Shown in pieces: positions 38,821-48,813 of a stretch of 64,000 bases of DNA. Numbering within the stretch: the stretch's first letter is position 1; each line of letters starts with the position of its first letter. The position numbers and the translations under genes are program-made. Source of the stretch: a candidate division WOR-3 bacterium (GTDB lineage Bacteria > Hydrothermota > Tepidihabitantia > Tepidihabitantales > Tepidihabitantaceae); the NCBI GenBank assembly GCA_965649225.1, contig CBFGJX010000008.1, forward strand, positions 36,328-100,327. Direction: 5' to 3'. The notes beneath the pieces are model-generated. The model was not told the DNA's origin. It saw only the letters and a program-made list of their open reading frames with translations, and made no database searches.

Positions 38821-39478
38821 CGACGAGCCCGACCTGCTTGAGCTCGTTGCCGGCGCCTTTGAGCGCGCCGGGTTTCGCACCGTTGAGTTCGCTGACCTGG
38901 AGCGTTTCCAGCGCTGGCTGGACGAAAACCTGCCCGATGTGCTGATACTGGATCTGATGCTGCCGGACGGCGACGGGATGGAGTTCTGCCGCCGGCTTCG
39001 CGCCGACTCCCGGACCGCGACGGTGCCGGTGGTGATGCTCACCGCCCGGGCGGAAGAAACCGACAAGGTGCTCGGGCTGGAACTGGGCGCCGACGACTAC
39101 GTTACCAAACCGTTCTCGCCCCGGGAACTGGTGGCGCGGGTGAAGGCGGTGCTGCGGCGCCGCGAGGCACCGGCGCCGGGCGCGCCGCGGGAGATCGCTC
39201 CCGGGCTGTCAATCGATACCAACCGCTACGCCGTGACGGTGGACGGCGAGCGGGTCAACCTGACCACCACTGAGTTCCGGATTCTGAACATTCTTGCCGA
39301 ACATCCGGGCTGGGTGTATTCGCGCGACGAGATTCTCAACCGGCTCTGGGGTCACGACAAGGCGGTGATTGACCGCACCGTCGATGTTCACATCACCAAT
39401 CTGCGGCGCAAACTCGGCCGACACGGCGCGCTGCTGCGCAATGTCCGCGGTGTCGGCTACAAGCTCGAACTCGAGTGA
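38792..39478 (+). CDS. phoB: OmpR-family response regulator (PhoB/PhoP)
   Basis: VDDE, LDLMLP, GADDYVTKPF, RTVDVHI, VRGVGY; pho operon context. Confidence 0.9.
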   Translation: MNSRLVAIVDDEPDLLELVAGAFERAGFRTVEFADLERFQRWLDENLPDVLILDLMLPDGDGMEFCRRLRADSRTATVPVVMLTARAEETDKVLGLELGADDYVTKPFSPRELVARVKAVLRRREAPAPGAPREIAPGLSIDTNRYAVTVDGERVNLTTTEFRILNILAEHPGWVYSRDEILNRLWGHDKAVIDRTVDVHITNLRRKLGRHGALLRNVRGVGYKLELE

Positions 39479-40794
39479 ACCGTCCGCTGGTATTTGCGCT
39501 CGCCGGTTTCTGGCTGCTGGGGGCGGTTGCGCTGCTGTTGCTGCCCGGGCTCAGGCAACTGGGCCCGGCGCCACTGCTGGTCTGGCTGGCGCTGGGCGCC
39601 GTTGCCGGGCTGCTGCAATTGCTGGTTACCGACCGGCGGCTGGCTGAGTTTGTGCGGGCATTCCGGCGGGTGGGCGAAGGCGACTTTTCGGTCCGACTGG
39701 AACCGGGGTCACACCGGCTGCTGCGCGAGCTGGCCCGGGCGTTCAACGACTCGGCGTTCCGCACCGGTGAGATGGTGCATCGGCTGGAGGCGCAGCGCGA
39801 GATGCTGGACAGCGTCATCGCGGCGATGGATGACGGAGTTCTGGTCGTTGACCGGCTCGGGCGCATCACGCTGGCCAATGCGGCATTCCGCCGGCTCTGC
39901 GGCCGCGATGATGTCGATAACCGGTTTCACTGGGAAGCGGTGCGGGAGCCGGAACTGGCCGAGGCACTGCGGACGGCCGGCACGGTCGAGAGCGCGCAAC
40001 CGCGGCGGATGGAAGTCGGCGGCCGGGTCTGGCTCTGTCGCGCGGCCCGGCTGGAGCGTACCAGCAGCGTGCTGGTGACTTTTCACGACATCACCGACAT
40101 CGAAAAGACCGTGCAGATGAAGCGCGAGTTCGTGCGCAACGTCGCCCATGAACTGCGCACGCCGCTGGCGGCGATCAAAGGTTTCGTCGAAACGATGGAG
40201 GAGAACGTCAGCCCGCCGAACCGGCGGCCGCTGGAGATTATCGGGCGCCATACCGACCGGCTGGTGCGGCTGGTGCAGGACCTGGCGCTGCTGGCCGAGG
40301 TGGAGGAGGGCCAGTCGGCCGGCCGGGAGCTGGAGCCGGTTGAGCTGGCCGATGTTGTCCAGTCGGTGGTGGCGCTGTTTGAGGCGCGGGCGCGCGAACG
40401 CGGCATCACCCTGACAGTCAGCGCCGAAGCCGGGCTGCCGCCGGTGCCAGCCGACCGTTACCGGCTGGAACAGGTTTTCGTCAATCTGGTTGACAATGCC
40501 TTGAACTACACCGAACGCGGCGGCACGGTGACGGTCCGGCTGCGCCGTGACGACGGCCGGGTAGCGGTTGATGTCGCCGACACCGGCATCGGCATCGAGC
40601 GCCGGCATCTGAGCCGGATTTTCGAACGTTTCTATGTCGCTGACAAATCGCGGTCACGTCAGGCCGGGGGCACCGGGCTCGGGCTGGCAATCGTCAAGCA
40701 CATCGTCGCGCTCTATGGCGGCGAGGTGACGGTACAGAGCGAACCCGGGGTGGGTTCGACTTTCACGGTCCGGCTGCCGACCGTGGCGGTTTGA
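39475..40794 (+). CDS. phoR: Sensor histidine kinase (HAMP-PAS-HisKA-HATPase), PhoR-like
   Basis: HELRTPL, NLVDNA, DTGIGI, FERFY, GTGLGL. Confidence 0.92.
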   Translation: MNRPLVFALAGFWLLGAVALLLLPGLRQLGPAPLLVWLALGAVAGLLQLLVTDRRLAEFVRAFRRVGEGDFSVRLEPGSHRLLRELARAFNDSAFRTGEMVHRLEAQREMLDSVIAAMDDGVLVVDRLGRITLANAAFRRLCGRDDVDNRFHWEAVREPELAEALRTAGTVESAQPRRMEVGGRVWLCRAARLERTSSVLVTFHDITDIEKTVQMKREFVRNVAHELRTPLAAIKGFVETMEENVSPPNRRPLEIIGRHTDRLVRLVQDLALLAEVEEGQSAGRELEPVELADVVQSVVALFEARARERGITLTVSAEAGLPPVPADRYRLEQVFVNLVDNALNYTERGGTVTVRLRRDDGRVAVDVADTGIGIERRHLSRIFERFYVADKSRSRQAGGTGLGLAIVKHIVALYGGEVTVQSEPGVGSTFTVRLPTVAV

Positions 40795-40827
40795 CGCCGG
40801 ACCGCTGGTCCTCTATCATATCGCTCT

Positions 40828-41772
40828 ATGGCTGACAGACCGACGGCAGTGCTGGCGATCGGCGGCAATTCGCTGATCCGCACCAAGGACAAGAGTTCTT
40901 TTGCCGACCAGCTCGAGACGGTGACCGAAACCAGCCGACACATTGCCGCGCTGGTCGAGTCGGGCTGGGAAGTCGTTGTCACCCACGGCAACGGACCGCA
41001 GGTCGGTTTTCTGCTGCTGCGTTCTCATCTTTCTCGCCAGCGGCTGCCAGAGATTCCTCTCGATGCCTGCAATGCCCTGACTCAGGCCGAGGTCGGCTAC
41101 ATGATTCAGCAGGCGCTCGGCAACGAGCTGCGGCGGCGCGGGATCGACAAAGGGGTGGCAACGGTTGTCACTCAGGTGATCGTCGACCCGTCCGATCCGG
41201 CCTTTGGCGAGCCGTCGAAGCCGGTGGGACCATTCTACACCAAGGCGGAGGCGAACCGGCTGGTCAAGGAGCTCGGCTGGCATGTCCGTGAGGACGCCGG
41301 TCGGGGTTTTCGCCGGATGGTGGCGTCACCGCGCCCGCAAAGAGTGGTCGAGCGCGACCAGATCGTGCGGTTACTGGAGAGCGGTACCGTGGTCGTGGCC
41401 TGCGGCGGGGGCGGGATTCCGGTGGTCGAGACCGCGGCCGGCCTGCGCGGAGTGGCGGCAGTGATTGACAAGGACCTGGCTTCAAGCCTGCTGGCGGGTG
41501 CAATCGGTGCCCGGCGGCTGGTGATTACCACGGCGGTCGATGCCGTGTATCTGAACTGGGGACAACCGGAACAGAAGCAGCTTGGGCGGGTGCGGGCGGC
41601 CGAGATGGAACGTTACGCCGCCGCAGGCCATTTCGCCCCGGGCAGTATGGGACCGAAGGTCGAGGCGGCGCTGGACTTTCTTGCCCGCGGCGGCGAGGAA
41701 ACGATTATCACCGACCCCGAGCACCTGCCAGCGGCGATGGCGGGCCGGGCCGGTACGATCATCACTGCCTAG
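40828..41772 (+). CDS. arcC: Carbamate kinase
   Basis: AIGGNSL, THGNGPQVG, KPVGPFY, GGGGIPV, VIDKD, GSMGPK. Confidence 0.95.
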   Translation: MADRPTAVLAIGGNSLIRTKDKSSFADQLETVTETSRHIAALVESGWEVVVTHGNGPQVGFLLLRSHLSRQRLPEIPLDACNALTQAEVGYMIQQALGNELRRRGIDKGVATVVTQVIVDPSDPAFGEPSKPVGPFYTKAEANRLVKELGWHVREDAGRGFRRMVASPRPQRVVERDQIVRLLESGTVVVACGGGGIPVVETAAGLRGVAAVIDKDLASSLLAGAIGARRLVITTAVDAVYLNWGQPEQKQLGRVRAAEMERYAAAGHFAPGSMGPKVEAALDFLARGGEETIITDPEHLPAAMAGRAGTIITA

Positions 41773-41791
41773 TCACAAACCGGGAGCAGCG

Positions 41792-43081
41792 TTGTTGAGA
41801 CACAATCAGCCGGTTCGCCAGCCGAAAGTGCGCACCGCCGGCGTAGTGGCAGCGCTGCTGTTGCTGGCCGGGCTGGCACTGGCGCAGGAGATGGTGCTGA
41901 TTCCGATGGACCTGACGCAGACTGACCATCTGAAAGCCTACGGCGTCGCCTGGCGGCTGCTGCAGCGTGGCAATACGGTTGAATGGCTGCTCAACTACCG
42001 GGGCGGGTCGTTCCTGTTTCGCTACGACCAGCAAGCGGTTGAGGAATGCCGGCTCAACGGTGTTCTCTGCCGGACAGTCGGTCCGGCCGAGCTGGCTGGC
42101 ATTCGTTCGACCATCGAGGCCGGCAATATGGAGTCGGTGCTGTTGGAGCGGGCGACCCGGCTGGCAGTGTACGTGCCGCCGACCGCCGATCCGTGGGACG
42201 ATGCGGTGCGGCTGGTACTGGATTATGCCGGCATCAAGTATGACCGACTGTGGGATGACGAAGTGCTGGCCGGCCGGCTGAGTGAGTACGACTGGTTGCA
42301 CCTGCATCACGAGGATTTCACCGGTCAGTTTGGCAAGTTCTATGCCGGTTACCGGCAGGAGCAGTGGTATCAGCAGGAAGTGGCAATCAACCGGCGCTCG
42401 GCGGCAAAGCATGGCTTCAACAAGGTCAGCCGGTTGAAGCTGGCGGTGCTGGAACAGGTGCGGCGCTATGTCGCTGAGGGCGGGATGCTGTTTGCAATGT
42501 GCTCGGCAACCGACACGCCGGATATCGCCTGGGCCGCGCGCAATACCGATATCTGCGCCGCGGTCTTCGACGGCGACCCGGTTGATCCCGACTATGCCGC
42601 CAAGCTGAACTACGAGGGTTGTTTCGCGTTCGAGAATTTTTCGGTGGTTACCGATCCGCTGGTTTACGAGCATTCCGACATCGATACCTATCTCGAGGCC
42701 ACTGCCCGCGGGCCGGACGTGTACTTTTCGCTCTTTGACTTTTCGGCCAAGTATGACCCGGTGCCGACGATGCTGGTGCAGAACCACGTCGGACTGGTGA
42801 AAGAATTTCTCGGCCAGAACTGCGGGTTTCGTCGCAGCCGGCTGAAGCCGGATGTGCTGGTGCTGGGCGAAATCGCCAACACCGAGGAAGTGAAGTATAT
42901 CCACGGCAAGTTCGGCACCGGCACGTTCACTTTCCTCGGCGGCCACGACCCGGAAGACTACGCACACCGGATTCATGACAAGCCGACCGAGCCGGGGCTG
43001 CACCGCAATTCCCCCGGTTATCGACTGATACTGAACAACGTGCTGTTCCCGGCGGCGGAGCAGAAGAAACTGAAGACCTGA
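41792..43081 (+). CDS. Conserved exported protein with class-I glutamine-amidotransferase-like region
   Basis: Signal peptide ..ALA-Q; LIPMD..QTDHLKAYG; DWLHLHHEDF; YVAEGGMLFAMCSA; GGHDPED; start at 41792 or 41828. Confidence 0.75.
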   Translation: MLRHNQPVRQPKVRTAGVVAALLLLAGLALAQEMVLIPMDLTQTDHLKAYGVAWRLLQRGNTVEWLLNYRGGSFLFRYDQQAVEECRLNGVLCRTVGPAELAGIRSTIEAGNMESVLLERATRLAVYVPPTADPWDDAVRLVLDYAGIKYDRLWDDEVLAGRLSEYDWLHLHHEDFTGQFGKFYAGYRQEQWYQQEVAINRRSAAKHGFNKVSRLKLAVLEQVRRYVAEGGMLFAMCSATDTPDIAWAARNTDICAAVFDGDPVDPDYAAKLNYEGCFAFENFSVVTDPLVYEHSDIDTYLEATARGPDVYFSLFDFSAKYDPVPTMLVQNHVGLVKEFLGQNCGFRRSRLKPDVLVLGEIANTEEVKYIHGKFGTGTFTFLGGHDPEDYAHRIHDKPTEPGLHRNSPGYRLILNNVLFPAAEQKKLKT

Positions 43082-43088
43082 CCGAGCA

Positions 43089-43982
43089 GTGAAATCGCAT
43101 CCCGATTGCTTTGACTGTGCGCTCAGGCAGTGCCGGCGGATTGCCGAGCTGGCGGGCGGCGATGCGACCGTTGCCGACCGGGTGGCCGCCTATGTCGCCG
43201 CCGGCGCGCGCGGTCTGAACCAGGACGACCCGCCCAGTACCTATACTTCGCATATGCTGCTGGCCGCGATGGAGCTGCTGGATGAGCCTGACCCGTTTGC
43301 CGAGATGAAGCGACAGCAGAATCAGGTTGCGGCAGTGGTGGCAGCCCGGTTTGACCGTGAGCTGGACCGTCAACCGGAACCGCTGCGGGCGGCGCTGGAG
43401 CTGGCGGCCGCGGGCAATGTACTGGATTCAGGGCCGCGGCGGAGTTTCAGCCTCGACGCGGCGCTGGCCGAACTGAGTTTTGCCCACGACGACACGGCAC
43501 AGTTGTTGGCCGCGCTGGCCAGGGCGCGACGGGTGATGTATATTCTCGACAACGCCGGCGAGGTGATGTTTGACCGGCTGGTGCTCAAACGTCTGCCGCG
43601 GGTCGAACTGACCATCGTCGCCCGCAGCAGCCCGATACTCAATGACGTGACGGTTGACGAGGCAAGAGAGCTGGGACTGAGTGATTACGGCCGGGTGATC
43701 GGCACCGGTTCGCGCCTGCTCGGTATCGACTTCGGTACGGTGTCGGATGAGTTCAGGGCGGCCTATGCTGCTGCGGATGTCGTAATCGCCAAGGGCCATG
43801 CCAACTTCGAGTCACTGGTTGACGATGGCCGGGACGGCTGGTATCTGCTCAGGGCCAAGTGCGAGTATGTTGCAGAGCGGCTGAGGGTCGAGCCGGGTCA
43901 GGCGGTGTGCATCTATTCGGCGGGCAGACAATCGGCCACCGGAGTCTTGGGTTCGGCGGCTGGTACGCCGGAAGGCAGGTAG
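43089..43982 (+). CDS. ARMT1/DUF89 damage-control phosphatase
   Basis: C..C..RQ, DPF..K, GN.LD, LDNAGE..FD, PILND, KG.ANFESL, AKC. Confidence 0.88.
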   Translation: MKSHPDCFDCALRQCRRIAELAGGDATVADRVAAYVAAGARGLNQDDPPSTYTSHMLLAAMELLDEPDPFAEMKRQQNQVAAVVAARFDRELDRQPEPLRAALELAAAGNVLDSGPRRSFSLDAALAELSFAHDDTAQLLAALARARRVMYILDNAGEVMFDRLVLKRLPRVELTIVARSSPILNDVTVDEARELGLSDYGRVIGTGSRLLGIDFGTVSDEFRAAYAAADVVIAKGHANFESLVDDGRDGWYLLRAKCEYVAERLRVEPGQAVCIYSAGRQSATGVLGSAAGTPEGR

Positions 43983-43986
43983 TCGG

Positions 43987-44241
43987 ATGTGCCTGGCGGT
44001 TCCAACCCGGATTGTTTCAGTCAAGGGCGACATGGCAGTTGGCGAGGTCGGCGGGGTCGAGCGTGACATTTCAATCGTGCTCACTCCCGACGTCAAACCC
44101 GGCGATTACGTGATTGTTCATGCCGGCTTCGCCATCCAGACGATTGATCAGTCGGAGGCCCGGGAGAATCTCGATATCCTGCGGCAGCTGGCGGCGGCAG
44201 CCGCGGCGCGGCAGAGAGCGGTTCGCCGCCGGCGCGATTAG
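43987..44241 (+). CDS. hypC: Hydrogenase maturation chaperone HypC
   Basis: MCLAVP, GDYVIVHAGFAI. Confidence 0.95.
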   Translation: MCLAVPTRIVSVKGDMAVGEVGGVERDISIVLTPDVKPGDYVIVHAGFAIQTIDQSEARENLDILRQLAAAAAARQRAVRRRRD

Positions 44242-45341
44242 GCGCGGCGTTCCCCGAAACTGACAACCAGTTCGATGATGCGGTCGACCGCAGCGTCGGC
44301 AAGACTGGCGCGGACAGGCAGATTCAGGACCGCGCGGGCGGCCTGCTCGGTGACAGGCAGCGAGCCGGGTGCAAGCCCGATGGCCGGCTCGAGATGACAG
44401 GGGTAGTCGTAGTAGCTTGCGGTTTCGACGCCGTTCTCGCGCAGGTATGCGCGCAGGGCGTCGCGTTCGGTGGTGAGCAGGGCATACTGGTGGCGGTTGG
44501 AAACGACCTCGGGCGGCAGAGCGAGCGTGCGGAAGCGGCCCGAGAACGCGGCATCATAGCGGGCGGCGATGGCACGGCGACGCTCGTTCTCGGTCGCGAC
44601 CGCGCGCAGCCGCTCGCGCAGGAAAGCGGCCTGCAAGTCACCAAGCCGGGAGCTGTAGCCAATCGAAGCGTAGCGGCCAGACGAATCAATGCCGTGACGG
44701 CGCAGGCTGTCGATGCGCGGGGCCAGTTCGGGCCGGTTGGCCACCACGGCACCGGCGTCGCCCAGCGCGGCGAGGTTCTTGGTCGGGTAGAAACTGAACG
44801 CCGCGATGTCGCCGAACGAGCCGAGGCGCCGACCGCGCCACTGCGAGCCGATGGCCTGACAGGAATCTTCGACCAGCGCGATGCCGCGGTCCTTGCAGAG
44901 CGCGATGATTTCATCCAGCCCGGTGCAATGGCCGTACAGCTCGACCAGCAGGACCGCCCGGGTATGCGGCGAAAGCACCGGTTCGATTGTCGCGGCGGTG
45001 ATGCAGAGCGTGGCCGGGTCGATGTCGGCGAACACCGGCCGGGCGCCGACGCGCAGAATCGACTCGGGCGTGGCGAAGAAGGTGAACCCGGTGGTGATGA
45101 CTTCGTCGCCGGGGCCGATGCCCAGCGCCATCAGCGCCATCACCAGGGCGTCGGTGCCGGTGTTGACGCCGAAGACCGGGCCGGAACCAAGATACCAGGC
45201 CAGCTCGCGTTCGAACGCGGCCGCCTCGGGCCCGAACACGAACTTGCCCGAGTCGAGCACGCGGCCGAACGCAGCCTCGAGCGCGGCCCGGTCGCGGGCG
45301 GTGTCGCCGGCGACGTCGGAGAAGCGAATGAGGTCAGGCAC
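44238..45341 (-). CDS. DegT/DnrJ/EryC1/StrS PLP-dependent sugar aminotransferase
   Basis: GTDAL, EDSCQA, FSFYPTKNL. Confidence 0.92.
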   Translation of the reverse strand: MPDLIRFSDVAGDTARDRAALEAAFGRVLDSGKFVFGPEAAAFERELAWYLGSGPVFGVNTGTDALVMALMALGIGPGDEVITTGFTFFATPESILRVGARPVFADIDPATLCITAATIEPVLSPHTRAVLLVELYGHCTGLDEIIALCKDRGIALVEDSCQAIGSQWRGRRLGSFGDIAAFSFYPTKNLAALGDAGAVVANRPELAPRIDSLRRHGIDSSGRYASIGYSSRLGDLQAAFLRERLRAVATENERRRAIAARYDAAFSGRFRTLALPPEVVSNRHQYALLTTERDALRAYLRENGVETASYYDYPCHLEPAIGLAPGSLPVTEQAARAVLNLPVRASLADAAVDRIIELVVSFGERRA

Positions 45342-45346
45342 GGTTC

Positions 45347-45459
45347 AGGATAGGCGCGCGGCGAAGGGAGTCAAAGGGGGCAACCGGCAGCGAAAGGAGA
45401 TAACCGCCCGTAACGAGCGCCGGCAGTTGGCTTGACCGCCCGGGGTGGTGTTCTAGAAT
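45347..45459. promoter_or_regulatory. Divergent sigma70-type promoters for degT-like gene and uvrB, both placed for leaderless starts
   Basis: Minus strand: TTGACT-16-TATCCT-5-GTG; plus strand: TTGACC-16-TAGAAT-5-GTG. Confidence 0.6.
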
Positions 45460-45464
45460 TGGCC

Positions 45465-47498
45465 GTGGACGATTCCCCGAAGAAATTCAGACTCGTCGCG
45501 TCCTACGAACCGGCCGGCGACCAGCCGGCGGCCATCGAGCGGCTGGTCGAGTTTCTGCAGCCCGGGGCGAAGTTCTCGACCCTGCTCGGGGTGACCGGGT
45601 CGGGCAAGACGTTCACGATGGCCAACGTCATCGCGCGGTTGAACCGGCCGACGATCGTCATCTCGCACAACAAGACACTCGCGGCCCAGCTCTACGGCGA
45701 GTTCAAGGGATTCTTTCCGGAGAACGCGGTCGAGTATTTCGTGTCCTACTATGACTACTACCAGCCCGAGGCGTATGTGCCCGAGCACGACCTCTACGTC
45801 GAAAAGGACGCCAGCATCAACGAGGAGATTGAGCGGCTGCGCCTGCGCGCGACCTCGAGCCTCATCGAGCGGCGCGATGTCGTGGTCGTGGCGTCGGTGT
45901 CGTGCATCTACAATCTGGGCGAGCCCTGGGAGTTCCGTGATTCGCTTTTCCCGATCGAGCTGGGGCGGGACCTGGACCGCGAACGGCTGCTGGAACAGCT
46001 CGTCAAGCTGCAGTACACCCGCAACGACTTCGAGCTGAAGCGGGCGACGTTCCGCGTGCGCGGGGATACCGTCGAGTTGCACCCGTCGCACCGCGACTAC
46101 GGCATCCGGGTCGAGTTTGACGGTGACCAGGTCGGGCGGATTTCGATATTCGACGTGCTGACCGGTGACACGATCGAGCGGATGCCGCGGATAGTCGTCT
46201 ATCCGGCCAAGCAGTTCGTGACGACGGACGAACAGATCAGAGCGGCAAGCGTGACGATTGAAGAGGAGCTCGCGCAGCGGGTCGCGGAACTGGAAGCTCA
46301 GGGGAAACTGCTGGAAGCCCAGCGGTTGAAGACGCGCACCCGGTTCGACCTCGAGATGATGCAGGAATTCGGCTACTGCCCGGGTATCGAGAACTACTCA
46401 CGCCACCTGCTGGGCAAGGCGCCGGGTGAGCGGCCCTACACGCTGCTGGACTATTTCCCGGCCGACTATCTGATGATTATCGACGAATCGCACGTCACCG
46501 TGCCGCAGGTGCAGGGAATGTACAACGGCGATCGCGCCCGGAAACAGACGCTGGTGGATTATGGTTTCCGGCTGCCGTCGTGCCTGGACAACCGGCCGCT
46601 GCGATTCGATGAGTTCGAGACACTGATCAACCAGGCCGTTTTCACCTCGGCCACGCCCGGGCCGTACGAGGTGCTGCGGTCGCAGGAGCGGGTGGCCGAG
46701 CTGGTGGTGCGGCCGACCGGGCTGGTTGACCCGAAGATGACGGTGCGGCCAACCGCCGGTCAGGTTGATGACCTGATCGGCGAAATCAGAAAGCGGGTGG
46801 CGCGCGGCGAGCGGACGCTGGTAACGACACTGACCAAGCGGATGGCCGAGGACCTTGCCGAGTATCTGACCGAGATGGGTGTCCGGGTGCGCTATCTGCA
46901 TTCGGAAATCGATGCCATCGAACGGGTCGAGATACTGCGCGGTCTGCGGCTGGGCGAATTCGACGTGCTGGTCGGCATCAATCTGCTGCGCGAGGGGCTG
47001 GACCTGCCCGAGGTTTCGCTGGTCGCGATTCTCGATGCCGACAAGGAAGGGTTCCTGCGCGACGAGCGTTCGATCATTCAGACCGCCGGCCGGGCCGCGC
47101 GCAATGTCCGGGGCGAGGTGATTCTTTATGCCGACCATCTGACCGGGTCAATGCGCCGGGCCCTGCGCGAGACCGAGCGTCGGCGGCAGAAGCAGCTTGC
47201 CTATAACGAGGCGCACGGGATTGAACCGAAGTCAATCAGCAAGTCGGTTGACGAGGTGCGATTGACGACGGCAGTGGCCGATGCCCACGCGGTTGAGTTG
47301 CCACAGGAAACCGAGCCGGACACCACTGAAGACAGGCTGTCGTTGCTGGCCCGGCTGCAGCGGGAGATGGAGCGGGCGGCGGAGGCGCTCGAGTTCGAAC
47401 AGGCAGCGAAGCTGCGTGACCGCATTCGTCAGCTGCGGCAGGAGCTGGACGAGGAAGATATCAAACGCAGCCGTCGGCGCCGGATGAAAAGAAGGTAG
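45465..47498 (+). CDS. uvrB: Excinuclease ABC subunit B
   Basis: [32 protein letters not shown]-terminal UVR domain. Confidence 0.97.
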   Translation: MDDSPKKFRLVASYEPAGDQPAAIERLVEFLQPGAKFSTLLGVTGSGKTFTMANVIARLNRPTIVISHNKTLAAQLYGEFKGFFPENAVEYFVSYYDYYQPEAYVPEHDLYVEKDASINEEIERLRLRATSSLIERRDVVVVASVSCIYNLGEPWEFRDSLFPIELGRDLDRERLLEQLVKLQYTRNDFELKRATFRVRGDTVELHPSHRDYGIRVEFDGDQVGRISIFDVLTGDTIERMPRIVVYPAKQFVTTDEQIRAASVTIEEELAQRVAELEAQGKLLEAQRLKTRTRFDLEMMQEFGYCPGIENYSRHLLGKAPGERPYTLLDYFPADYLMIIDESHVTVPQVQGMYNGDRARKQTLVDYGFRLPSCLDNRPLRFDEFETLINQAVFTSATPGPYEVLRSQERVAELVVRPTGLVDPKMTVRPTAGQVDDLIGEIRKRVARGERTLVTTLTKRMAEDLAEYLTEMGVRVRYLHSEIDAIERVEILRGLRLGEFDVLVGINLLREGLDLPEVSLVAILDADKEGFLRDERSIIQTAGRAARNVRGEVILYADHLTGSMRRALRETERRRQKQLAYNEAHGIEPKSISKSVDEVRLTTAVADAHAVELPQETEPDTTEDRLSLLARLQREMERAAEALEFEQAAKLRDRIRQLRQELDEEDIKRSRRRRMKRR

Positions 47499-48608
47499 CT
47501 AGCGGCGGAAGAGGTTCTGGGCGACGCCGCCCCAGAATCCGGGCACGCGCATCGCCTTCACCGGGCAAATTTCGGCACAACAATAGCAGCGGATGCACCG
47601 GGTCCGGTCGATGACCGGCAGGGGCGACATTGTGATGGCTTTGGCCGGGCAGTTGTCGGCGCAGCGGCGGCACTTGATGCACACGCGCTTCTGCACGGCT
47701 GGCCAGCGGCGCATCAGCAGGTAGACCCAGCGAATCGGGCCGGACATCGCGCGCAGAATGCGGCGTGTGGGCAGGCGGAATCCCGGTATCGGCGCGAAGT
47801 CGCCCACCACCTCGACGTCGCCGGGCGCAATCGGGCCCAAACCCCGCTCGGCCGCGATGCGGACCATCGGAATCGTTTCGGGCGCGACCCCGGCCATGCG
47901 GGCCAGCACCGAATCGACCGCGACCGGATTGGCGCCGGCGATGAGCTTGCCGATGGCCAGCACCCGGCCGCCGCTGGGGCCGTTCTGGCCGTCCATCCCG
48001 CGTTGGGCGTCGACGATGGTCAGCACCGGCACGGGCACGGCCTGGTAGATGTCGATGAGCAGTTCCGCGAAGTCGAACGGGTCGGGCGCAAGTGTGTGCA
48101 GATGGCCTTTCTGCCCACCCGGGACAATGCCGAAGAGGTTCTTGACCGCGCCGGTGAGCAGGGTGAGCGCGTGGGTCTTGAACACCGGCAGATTGACGAT
48201 GACGTCGACCTCGGTCAGAATGCGCGAGACGTGGACTTCCGGCACGAAGCGGGAGTTGAGCCTGAGCGGCACCGGCGTGCGCGAGATGTCGCGGAAACTG
48301 TCGGGGCAGGCCGCGGGCACGCCGGTTTTCGCGATGTAGTCGGCGACGCTGCCGTGGAGCGCGCCGCCCGGGTTGTCCGCGACCCAGACCTCGGCCGCAC
48401 CGCGTCGGCGCAGTCCGGCGACGACCAGACGGACGAGCTCGGGGTCGGTCGTGACCGAGGCCTCGGGTCGGTGCGGGGCGAGCAGGTTGGGCTTGACCCA
48501 GACCCGTCTGTCCTTGAAGTCGTAGCCGAGGAAATCGAGCGCCTCTTCAACTGCGGCCGCGAGGTCGCCGATCCGACGTACCAGAACACGGGCAGCAGGC
48601 GGGTTCAC
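47499..48608 (-). CDS. DUF362-domain protein with C-terminal 2x[4Fe-4S] ferredoxin
   Basis: VKPNL, TTDP, P.FKTH...TGAVKN.FG, two CxxCxxCxxxCP motifs. Confidence 0.88.
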   Translation of the reverse strand: MNPPAARVLVRRIGDLAAAVEEALDFLGYDFKDRRVWVKPNLLAPHRPEASVTTDPELVRLVVAGLRRRGAAEVWVADNPGGALHGSVADYIAKTGVPAACPDSFRDISRTPVPLRLNSRFVPEVHVSRILTEVDVIVNLPVFKTHALTLLTGAVKNLFGIVPGGQKGHLHTLAPDPFDFAELLIDIYQAVPVPVLTIVDAQRGMDGQNGPSGGRVLAIGKLIAGANPVAVDSVLARMAGVAPETIPMVRIAAERGLGPIAPGDVEVVGDFAPIPGFRLPTRRILRAMSGPIRWVYLLMRRWPAVQKRVCIKCRRCADNCPAKAITMSPLPVIDRTRCIRCYCCAEICPVKAMRVPGFWGGVAQNLFRR

Positions 48609-48624
48609 TGGCTGGCGATAGTGG

Positions 48625-48810
48625 TCAGCGGCCCGGAATGATGTAGAGGATATTGGCCGGCGAGATGTCGGCGTTGCTCATTGCCGATTTCTCCTCCGGA
48701 ATGCCGGGTACGTCATTGAACTTGACATCGACGGCTCGAATCATTCCTTCCTTCAGAGTGTAGGCGGTGCAGCTGACAGTGCCACCGGATTTGAGATGGA
48801 TGACGGGCAT
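48625..48810 (-). CDS. Small hypothetical protein (61 aa), possible Sm/LSm-like fold
   Basis: SD AAGGAG; fills the purB-DUF362 gap; VIHLKSG...ANILYIIP. Confidence 0.7.
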   Translation of the reverse strand: MPVIHLKSGGTVSCTAYTLKEGMIRAVDVKFNDVPGIPEEKSAMSNADISPANILYIIPGR

Positions 48811-48813
48811 GGT

